A DNA stretch of 64,000 nt, taken from assembly GCA_001643675.2 (NCBI GenBank), contig LSRY02000068.1, positions 191,433-255,432 of the forward strand, given 5' to 3'. Each line of letters opens with the position of its first letter. Within the stretch, counting starts at the first letter, position 1. Of the stretch, positions 34,600 through 44,000 are shown piece by piece. Both the position numbers and the translations under genes were made by a program. Source of the stretch: Monocercomonoides exilis PA203. Taxonomy: Eukaryota; Protista; Preaxostyla. The notes beneath the pieces were generated by a model. It worked only from the letters and a program-made list of their open reading frames with translations. It made no database searches and was not told the origin of the DNA.

Positions 34600-36683
34600 T
34601 TTGCAGTTAGATCAGCAGCTGAATCAAAAGGCGCAACCTAATTAAGGGCAGGGCATTTCAACATCAAATCCATCTCCATTGAATTCTGTAAAGCGGAGAA
34701 AGATACCAATTTTGAGAACGATAGCTCATCTCTTCTCCCAGGCACGCTGTTCTAACTGAATGTTCTTATCCCTTTCTCCTTCTGAAACAGCAGCGGTGAT
34801 CCTTTCCCTGCTCATTTCCTTCCCTTTCTGTGTGTCACATCTGCTTCCTCTTCGCAGTTCCGCACGGCTTTGCTTTAGAACACTCTTCAGCGCACTCATC
34901 AAATCCAACCGCGTTCTTGTTTGCCTCGCGTCGACTGCCGCATACACAGGCACTTCCTGTAACTTCCACACAAATTGCCCATTTTCCTCGCTTTTGATTC
35001 GCACATAACGGCAGGGCACATCCAGTTCATCGCTCAAATCTTCCAGGTCAGAATTCGCTAAATCATTCAGCATGCTGTCCTATTTCCGCTCTCTTGTCAA
35101 AATTGGCGTTTGGCTTTCTTTCGCCTCTTGCTGCGCCTCGCTGGCCATTTTGTTCTCTTTCTGGTTGGTCGGAGTGCCTGTCTCAAGATGTGGTTATAAT
35201 ATTCCTTGGATGCTGCTAAACAGCTTTTTGTCTTTTTCCTCAATCTTCTTCGCCATTTTCTCCATTTTTCTGCGCTCCCGCTTTTCTTTCTCCTTCTTCT
35301 TCTTCTGTATCTCCTGTTGTTTCATCAGCCAAAGCAGTTTTTCTCTCTGATCATCAGATTCCAATGAGCCAAACGTGATTTTCGCCTCTTCATCGTCCCC
35401 TTTCCCTTTCTCATTCTGAAACTCATCTGTCATTGCCTTTGTAACTTCTTTATTCAAATCCTTCATTCCCATTCTCACCCAACGTCACCCCTCCTCCTCA
35501 TCCTCCTCCCACTCCACCTCCTCCAACAACAGGCGATAGCTGTATTGTTGATGCACCAACAGCTCCTCTCCCCATCTCCATCTCCTGGCTGTACACAATC
35601 AACGCTCTCCCTTTGACTCCTCTCCATCCACCGTCCATTCGCTTCCCTCTCGTACAGTGTATCGTTCCAAAGGCGCCTCTTCCTGAAGAGTATTGTTTAG
35701 GTTGTGGAGAAGGTGATGTTGTTGTGTTCTGTTACTGCAATTTTTGCTGGACTTGTGATGAAAGAGGCTCTGGTTTTGGCTCATTGGAATGGATTTCGTC
35801 TTTTCTGCCGTTTTTCATTGATTCTATTGTGTTTGTATTCTTTTCTGCTTCCGTTTGATTATCTTTGCTTTTCAAACAACTGCTTTGGGGTTGTTCATTG
35901 AATCCTCCAAAAATCACTTCTTGATCCTCTTCTTTTCAGTCATCTTCATCGCCTTCAACTTTTTCCTATTCTCCAGATTCTCTGCATACCGCTCCACCAT
36001 CCGAAACTCTGCAAACAGCGGCAGTGCCTCAAATACATCGGGAGGGAGAACAAAATATTGTATTTTCCTTCTTCTTCCGAACTGCTGCCTCATCCTCCTC
36101 ATCTGCTGCTCTTCGCTTGTCAGAAATCTGTTTCTAGAAGAGCGAAGCAACGAGGAAGAAGAGGAGGAAGAAGAAGAGGAGGAAGCGCCAGAAGTAGCAG
36201 CCACTTGCGCACAGCAGTTGAGATAGCATCGGAGGAGGAGAGGGTGCATTGCCCTTATGCGGAGGTCATTTTAATCTCAGAGCGATGAGGTGATTTGGGG
36301 TGGAGAGAGAGGTCAGTTACCGCTGGAGATGACTGAGGAAGAAAAAGAAAAGATTCATTGGGCAATGAAGAAGGAGATGCGCCTGTTCCTGTGCCAATGC
36401 CAGCAATTGAATGAGTCAAAGATGTTTGTGAAGTATTTTGATTATTTTTTCTCTGTCTTTGTCTTCGAGGCACATAAGATGGATTCTGAAGAGTTGCTTC
36501 TTGTGGCGGAAGGATCACAGGAAGAGGCATACGCGGTGCATGCTTTCTTTTGAAGCCTTCGATGATTTTGTCCATTTCTGCTTTTTCAGCTCTTTCTTGT
36601 GATGAATTCACTTCTGACTGTTCAGAAGAAGAGGAAGATGAAGATGAATCGTTTTCTATGTTTTCTTCATCCATGAATTTGAC
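34600..36683 (-). pseudogene. 5'-truncated pseudogene of a host-type low-complexity protein, cut at the internal telomere tract
   Basis: Chain of host-like ORF pieces (36255-36674, 35914-36249, 35732-35917, 35194-35478, 34726-35073) separated by in-frame stops and frameshifts. The reading frame runs straight into the telomeric repeats with no upstream intergenic DNA. Confidence 0.7.
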
Positions 36684-36767
36684 TAGGTTAGGGTTAGGGT
36701 TAAGGGTTAGGGTTAGGTTAGGGTTAGGGTTAGGGTTAGGGTTAGGGTTAGGTTAGGTTAGGGTTAG
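36684..36767 (+). repeat. Interstitial telomeric tract (~14 units TTAGGG with TTAGG/TTAAGGG variants)
   Basis: Directly visible; same polarity as the terminal telomere. Confidence 0.97.
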
Positions 36768-37456
36768 ATCGGCCATGTGACAAAATGTTGATCTCCCATT
36801 AGTCTATCTTAACTTTCTTCAAAAACATTTCGTGATTTGAACCCATTTGACTACATTTTAATATCCCAAAGTGTTATTATTTAAGAAATTGTTGCTTTAA
36901 TCCATGAATGTTGTTCAACATAGCTTGAATATTAACCCATGTGGTTGTCAATTATATGAATGTGTTCACATGAATGTGCTCAATCATATTTATTTTCTTC
37001 GATCTTAATTAACTTTCATGATATCTTTCGAATTTTTGTTTGAAGAGTCAACCTATTTATTTTCATTTATCCAAAAGAATGAAATTTAAATGAAAAGGAA
37101 AAGTGATCAATCACTTTGGTATCAGTTTGTAAATGTTTCAAATCTTTCAAACTTAATTTCTTTATCGCAAATGAATTTCAAATTGAATATTCAATATATT
37201 AAAATTATCAGGAAAAGATAATAAAACAATGATATGATTTATAATAATTATTGAAATCATATATGTGAATCATGAAAATCAAATCAACCCAATGAAATTA
37301 CAATTATCACGAAACATAGATAAATTTATTTATCTGAAATTATTGAAATTACCGATTATGACAGGAAATTTTTTCAAAAAAATTTGAAGAATTAGCCAAA
37401 AAAAAAGAAAATTGACAAAGAAAAGTGGCCTTTAAAAGTGCATTTTTCACAAAAAT

Positions 37457-37636
37457 CTCCCATTATGGGAGGCTCTGGCGCGCTGTCCTCCCACCCACCC
37501 CAGCGCGCACCTGTAATCGAAGCCTCCTCCCCATTGGGCTTCGTTTACAGTCAAAATGAATTCAACTTCGTCGAATTCATTTTGATAAAGTGCGCGCGTT
37601 ATCACAACTGACGGTGTCATCTAACTTACACAGTTG
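37457..37636. other. GC-rich multi-hairpin cassette (structured DNA/RNA element)
   Basis: Stems: CTCCCA/TGGGAG (37457-37471), GCGCGCTG/CAGCGCGC (37478-37508), CTGTAA-CGAAGCC/GGCTTCG-TTACAG (37511-37550), TCAAAATGAATTC/GAATTCATTTTGA (37551-37585), CAACTG/CAGTTG (37605-37636). Alternative closing stem GCGCGCAC/GTGCGCGC (37503-37510 with 37590-37597). Confidence 0.8.
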
Positions 37637-37891
37637 CGCAATTTTAAGAATGTGCGAAAATAAAGAAAAGTGCATTTTACATTTAATTTGGATTATTTAT
37701 ATTTCAAATAAAACCTTGTGAACTCGCTAAATGCGAAAATAAAAGCGCAAATATCAAATTGGATTAAACAATAAAAGTCAATGAAGAATTAATCTAACTT
37801 GAAAAACTGCGATCGTCAAAATGAAAATTAATAAATAAAAAGGTAAATTGAGTGATTATCGCACAGCATTGCATGTGCGAACCTTCTGTAA

Positions 37892-40615
37892 TTACTTTTC
37901 ATCCTTCTCTTTATCCTCACTCTCAGTTTGTTTTTCATCCTTCAGAACTTCTTCTTTGACATGCTCAATCAATGTCTTCCTCGTTCTCATCTTCAGCCCT
38001 GCCATAGTTGTCCATCCTTCAACCAAACCCAAGTTTATCAATCTGTCTCTGCAGTCTGTCGGTAATCTAATCCTAAGCTCCTCCGCCATCTCCGAGTAAC
38101 TCTTTCCTTCCTTCCGCATCCTTTTCAATGTCTCATCTTCTTCCTCGCTCCATCTCAATCTCTTTCTCCTTCCATTTTCATCTCTCTCCCTCTGCAGTGC
38201 TGCGTCATAATTATACACCTTTTTTCTCTTTATTTGCTTCATTTCCTTTTTCCCTTCCATCTCCTCTTTGTCCACTAACTCAATCAACTCCTCCGCTATC
38301 TTATTTTCGTCTTCTCCCTCTTCAATCCTTTGCGCAATCTTTCTCAATCCAACTTCCATTCTGCCATTCAAAATTGTTGAATGTCGACATCTCGATTTTT
38401 TGAAGTTTTTATGTTTTGAATATATTTCATATGCGTTTCTCTCCATCATTGCGTCATTCTTGACATAGCTGCAAATAGCTGACCTCCATGCACGTTGTTT
38501 GTAATAATATCGTTTCTTCTTTGTCGTTTTTTCATTTGATCCTGTTATGCCATTTACAGCAATCCTGCTTTTGAAATATATCCGAACCTTCCGCACTGCA
38601 AAACGATCGCTAACGTTATGATTGCAATTTTTATCTAACTTGATGTTGTGGAAAACTTCAATATCCAACAATGCTTTTTCTATCACTTCTTTTCCATCAA
38701 CGTCTGGATTCCCAATTCTGCTTGAAACGATTGTGGCAGATATTGCATTCTTTGCATATCTTTGCTGCACAGCAGAATTGGGAACCCATCCCGCAATTGC
38801 AGCTGTGAATGTGAAAGTTGAGTCGCGCGAATGTGCATCCAAACCTGTTGCTAAAAGAGCCGAACACATGAATCCACTTCTAAAAGAATGGAACGAAAAA
38901 AGGTTAATTGGATATCCCGCTGCTCTTGCTCGTAGCCTCAACCGCATTGACATGGAATCTCTTCTCCAATTCCATATTTTTTGTTCCTTTTGCGTTTCTG
39001 TGAGAACCCAACAATCTCGATTATGAAGATCCAATTTAAAGCTTTTCTTCAAATGCTCGTTCAACCAATATAACACATTCGTATTTGTCCTCTCTTCAAG
39101 ATTGCCTTCCAATGTGACATCATGGTTCCACCTGATATTCCCTTTGGTTACTCGAAACTTCATTTTGAGAACTTTTGTGTCTTTCCCCACTGCATCAAGA
39201 ATAACACCTATGTCTGATAACAGCACGTTGCACATTGTGACAGCTCTCGCACCCGTGGAAACTGCTGTCAACCACAGTGAAGCCTCCATAGCTTTGTCTG
39301 GATGCAAGTCACTTGTATTTTCAACGATTCTTTCCACGTCCTTCAAAAGGCATGGTTCTTTTCCACATCCGTTCGGCTTAACACCTTTATCCACTCGCCC
39401 TTCCTTTATAACGAGTGAAATTGCATCTCTGACTTCTTCTGTTAACCTCTGTCCAGTAATTTCCGTATTTATACGTTTTAAGCTACAAGCAAAGACATTT
39501 TCCACTGTATCTCTGGTGTAAATGCGACTTCTGTAACAAAATCGGAGAAAGGATGTGATGTTCTTCTCATCCAATGGAAATCCATTCATATCTTTCATTT
39601 CACAAAATGCATCATAAACCTTTTGAACCCATGCATGTTTTTTAAGTGTTGACTCGCTATACACTGCTCCTGGCTCTTCAAAAGAATTCAATTCATCTTC
39701 AGACATCGATCTTATTTTTTTTATTGTATCAAATTCATTGACAGAACGATTAGAAATTGGTGTGCTAACAGGACAAATGCACTTCTCATAACCTTCAGAT
39801 ATTGCTTGTTCCGACAGTTCATTCGTTTTTGAAACACTTTCGTTTTCCTTTGAATTGCAACCTTCCTGATGCTGTTCTTCCCAAGAGTCTTTTTGAGAAC
39901 TTGAAGGTTTCTCTTGATCTTTTCCTTTAACTTCCAATTTATCATCTATTCTGATTGATTCTGTGATAACTTCATGCATTGATGATCTTTCTTTTCCTTC
40001 ATTCAGATCAAACTGCTTGTTTTCCACATTCTGCTTCAACAATGCTGATATCAATGAACCTTCAGAACTCACCTTTATCTGCTCTGTCTTTCCTTTTAAT
40101 TTCGCAGTCTTTATTGAACTAGACTTCTTCTGTTTCTTCTTTCCAATTTGTCTGCACTTTTCCATCGAACCCGAAGAACTGCTTTCAGTGAAATCGGTTG
40201 TGTCATCTTTCTTAACAATCTTGCGACAACCTGAATGATTTTTAATTTTTATCTTTCGCATCTTTCTCAGGTCAAAGGCATATTCCGATTCAGATGATGA
40301 AGAAGAACTCAATGTTTCCATGCTACACGAATCGCCTTCAATGTCTGAATCTTCAGATAAATCTATCACGAACACCTCTTTCTTCTTCTTGCTTTCCATT
40401 GGCTTCTGCATTTCTTCTTTGACTTTGCTCTCTGATTCAAACTGTGAGATCTTCTTCATCAAAGGAGTTCTGAACTTTGGCTTGGATGAGATCAAAACAG
40501 TTTTCGATATGGAACCATCTTCACTGTCGCTCATAACGCTTCTGGACATCGATTTATTAAACTGCGCTGTGCACTTTGGATGTGGGACAAATTTAACATA
40601 ATTTCTTGACAACAT
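37892..40615 (-). CDS. Tyrosine recombinase (Cre/DIRS/Crypton-type) with C-terminal Myb/SANT (telobox-like) domain, ~907 aa
   Basis: Catalytic residues in canonical order: STGAR (R, ~39246), RVTKG (K), FHSFRSG (HxxR, ~38890-38879), IAGW (W, ~38787), QQRY (Y, ~38758). They are preceded by a core-binding-like helical domain (STLKKH..V...YDAFC...ITSFL...YTRDTV). C-terminal RKRLRWSEEEDETLKRMRKEGKSYSEMAEELRIRLPTDCRDRLINL fits a single Myb repeat. First in-frame ATG is 40615 (the ORF track starts at TTG 40645). Confidence 0.9.
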   Translation of the reverse strand: MLSRNYVKFVPHPKCTAQFNKSMSRSVMSDSEDGSISKTVLISSKPKFRTPLMKKISQFESESKVKEEMQKPMESKKKKEVFVIDLSEDSDIEGDSCSMETLSSSSSSESEYAFDLRKMRKIKIKNHSGCRKIVKKDDTTDFTESSSSGSMEKCRQIGKKKQKKSSSIKTAKLKGKTEQIKVSSEGSLISALLKQNVENKQFDLNEGKERSSMHEVITESIRIDDKLEVKGKDQEKPSSSQKDSWEEQHQEGCNSKENESVSKTNELSEQAISEGYEKCICPVSTPISNRSVNEFDTIKKIRSMSEDELNSFEEPGAVYSESTLKKHAWVQKVYDAFCEMKDMNGFPLDEKNITSFLRFCYRSRIYTRDTVENVFACSLKRINTEITGQRLTEEVRDAISLVIKEGRVDKGVKPNGCGKEPCLLKDVERIVENTSDLHPDKAMEASLWLTAVSTGARAVTMCNVLLSDIGVILDAVGKDTKVLKMKFRVTKGNIRWNHDVTLEGNLEERTNTNVLYWLNEHLKKSFKLDLHNRDCWVLTETQKEQKIWNWRRDSMSMRLRLRARAAGYPINLFSFHSFRSGFMCSALLATGLDAHSRDSTFTFTAAIAGWVPNSAVQQRYAKNAISATIVSSRIGNPDVDGKEVIEKALLDIEVFHNIKLDKNCNHNVSDRFAVRKVRIYFKSRIAVNGITGSNEKTTKKKRYYYKQRAWRSAICSYVKNDAMMERNAYEIYSKHKNFKKSRCRHSTILNGRMEVGLRKIAQRIEEGEDENKIAEELIELVDKEEMEGKKEMKQIKRKKVYNYDAALQRERDENGRRKRLRWSEEEDETLKRMRKEGKSYSEMAEELRIRLPTDCRDRLINLGLVEGWTTMAGLKMRTRKTLIEHVKEEVLKDEKQTESEDKEKDEK

Positions 40616-41007
40616 TTCTATATGTTCACAATTTCGTAACACCAAAAAAATGGCAACCCTTTTTAGTTATATTTTTCATTTCAATTTAAGGGAAAATTGA
40701 TATTTTCATAAATTAAATTGTGGTATCTATGAATAAATTAAACTAATATCGAAAAAAATTAATTAATAAAATACAATAATTAATTATCGATAAATATTAA
40801 CTACAAATATTGTTCATTACATTCTTTGATTAATAATTCATTATTATTTGAGTTCATTATTGAAATATTCGAAAAAATAAAGAAATAAAAATTATAAAAA
40901 TACACAATTGCAATAAATATGAAATAATAATGATAATTGATAAAAATAAAAACATTAAATAAGTATTGAAAGTTTTGCGAGCCTGAACTCGAGTACAAAG
41001 TCGAGCG

Positions 41008-41041
41008 AAAAACATGCGAAGCATCGTTTTTGGCGAGACTT
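41008..41041. other. Interrupted hairpin at the unique/satellite junction
   Basis: AAGTC...AAAAAC-ATGC-GAA-GCAT-CGTTTTT...GACTT; includes the GCGAAGC mini-hairpin. Confidence 0.55.
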
Positions 41042-41045
41042 CGAA

Positions 41046-44000
41046 TCGCAGAGTGAAGGCGAGTAAGAGGGATGAGCGCTGCAGCGCTGTGCACCATCTG
41101 TGCAGCCCCTGTGCAGCACTCGCCTCTCCCAACCTCTCTGACTCCCCACTCTTTCCTCTCTCTCTTTCTCTCAACCCATCCATTTCCCTCTCTCTCTCTC
41201 AACCTCACCCTCACTTTTCTTTCCTCTCCTTTTTTCTCCTATTTTTTATAATTTACCTCATAGGGTGTGCACCCCATCCCTGCACTCCAAATCCTTCTCT
41301 CTCCATCCCTTCATCCCACACGATTTTTTTTATTCTTTTTTTCTCTTCCCTCTCTAACCTCTCTTTCTCCCTCATTCTCCTCTCTTCCCCAACTCCCCTC
41401 TCTCCCACACTTCATTCGCAGAGTGAAGGCGAGTAAGAGGGATGAGCGCTGCAGCGCTGTGCACCATCTGTGCAGCCCCTGTGCAGCACTCGCCTCTCCC
41501 AACCTCTCTGACTCCCCACTCTTTCCTCTCTCTCTTTCTCTCAACCCATCCATTTCCCTCTCTCTCTCTCAACCTCACCCTCACTTTTCTTTCCTCTCCT
41601 TTTTTCTCCTATTTTTTATAATTTACCTCATAGGGTGTGCACCCCATCCCTGCACTCCAAATCCTTCTCTCTCCATCCCTTCATCCCACACGATTTTTTT
41701 TATTCTTTTTTTCTCTTCCCTCTCTAACCTCTCTTTCTCCCTCATTCTCCTCTCTTCCCCAACTCCCCTCTCTCCCACACTTCATTCGCAGAGTGAAGGC
41801 GAGTAGAAGGGATGAGCGCTACAGCGCTGTGCACCATCTGTGCAGCCCCTGTGCAGCACTCGCCTCTCCCAACCTCTCTGACTCCCCACTCTTTCCTCTC
41901 TCTCTTTCTCTCAACCCATCCATTTCCCTCTCTCTCTCTCAACCTCACCCTCACTTTTCTTTCCTCTCCTTTTTTCTCCTATTTTTTATAATTTACCTCA
42001 TAGGGTGTGCACCCCATCCCTGCACTCCAAATCCTTCTCTCTCCATCCCTTCATCCCACACGATTTTTTTTTATTCTTTTTTCTCTTCCCTCTCTAACCT
42101 CTCTTTCTCCCTCATTCTCCTCTCTTCCCCAACTCCCCTCTCTCCCACACTTCATTCGCAGGAGTGAAGGCGAGTAAGAAGGGATGAGCGCTACAGCGCT
42201 GTGCACCATCTGTGCAGCCCCTGTGCAGCACTCGCCTCTCCCAACCTCTCTGACTCCCCACTCTTTCCTCTCTCTCTTTCTCTCAACCCATCCATTTCCC
42301 TCTCTCTCTCTCAACCTCACCCTCACTTTTCTTTCCTCTCCTTTTTTCTCCTATTTTTTATAATTTACCTCATAGGGTGTGCACCCCATCCCTGCACTCC
42401 AAATCCTTCTCTCTCCATCCCTTCATCCCACACGATTTTTTTATTCTTTTTTTCTCTTCCCTCTCTAACCTCTCTTTCTCCCTCATTCTCCTCTCTTCCC
42501 CAACTCCCCTCTCTCCCACACTTCATTCGCAGAGTGAAGGCGAGTAAGAAGGGATGAGCGCTACAGCGCTGTGCACCATCTGTGCAGCCCCTGTGCAGCA
42601 CTCGCCTCTCCCAACCTCTCTGACTCCCCACTCTTTCCTCTCTCTCTTTCTCTCAACCCATCCATTTCCCTCTCTCTCTCTCAACCTCACCCTCACTTTT
42701 CTTTCCTCTCCTTTTTTCTCCTATTTTTTATAATTTACCTCATAGGGTGTGCACCCCATCCCTGCACTCCAAATCCTTCTCTCTCCATCCCTTCATCCCA
42801 CACGATTTTTTTTTATTCTTTTTTTCTCTTCCCTCTCTAACCTCTCTTTCTCCCTCATTCTCCTCTCTTCCCCAACTCCCCTCTCTCCCACACTTCATTC
42901 GCAGAGTGAAGGCGAGTAGAAGGGATGAGCGCTACAGCGCTGTGCACCATCTGTGCAGCCCCTGTGCAGCACTCGCCTCTCCCAACCTCTCTGACTCCCC
43001 ACTCTTTCCTCTCTCTCTTTCTCTCAACCCATCCATTTCCCTCTCTCTCTCTCAACCTCACCCTCACTTTTCTTTCCTCTCCTTTTTTTCTCCTATTTTT
43101 TATAATTTACCTCATAGGGTGTGCACCCCATCCCTGCACTCCAAATCCTTCTCTCTCCATCCCTTCATCCCACACGATTTTTTTATTCTTTTTTTCTCTT
43201 CCCTCTCTAACCTCTCTTTCTCCCTCATTCTCCTCTCTTCCCCAACTCCCCTCTCTCCCACACTTCATTCGCAGAGTGAAGGCGAGTAAGAGGGATGAGC
43301 GCTGCAGCGCTGTGCACCATCTGTGCAGCCCCTGTGCAGCACTCGCCTCTCCCAACCTCTCTGACTCCCCACTCTTTCCTCTCTCTCTTTCTCTCAACCC
43401 ATCCATTTCCCTCTCTCTCTCTCAACCTCACCCTCACTTTTCTTTCCTCTCCTTTTTTCTCCTATTTTTTATAATTTACCTCATAGGGTGTGCACCCCAT
43501 CCCTGCACTCCAAATCCTTCTCTCTCCATCCCTTCATCCCACACGATTTTTTTTATTCTTTTTTTCTCTTCCCTCTCTAACCTCTCTTTCTCCCTCATTC
43601 TCCTCTCTTCCCCAACTCCCCTCTCTCCCACACTTCATTCGCAGAGTGAAGGCGAGTAAGAGGGATGAGCGCTACAGCGCTGTGCACCATCTGTGCAGCC
43701 CCTGTGCAGCACTCGCCTCTCCCAACCTCTCTGACTCCCCACTCTTTCCTCTCTCTCTTTCTCTCAACCCATCCATTTCCCTCTCTCTCTCTCAACCTCA
43801 CCCTCACTTTTCTTTTCCTCTCCTTTTTTTCTCCTATTTTTTATAATTTACCTCATAGGGTGTGCACCCCATCCCTGCACTCCAAATCCTTCTCTCTCCA
43901 TCCCTTCATCCCACACGATTTTTTTATTCTTTTTTCTCTTCCCTCTCTAACCTCTCTTTCTCCCTCATTCTCCTCTCTTCCCCAACTCCCCTCTCTCCCA

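Noticed and set aside
36791-37465. 11-bp direct repeat ATCTCCCATTA (36791 and 37455)
   Set aside because: Too short to define an element end or target duplication without other copies.
37892-40615. DIRS retrotransposon or protelomerase (TelN/ResT) assignment
   Set aside because: No gag/RT/RNase H or terminal repeats are nearby. The HxxR...GW...Y pattern is Cre/Crypton-like rather than protelomerase-like, and the chromosome ends in ordinary TTAGGG repeats.
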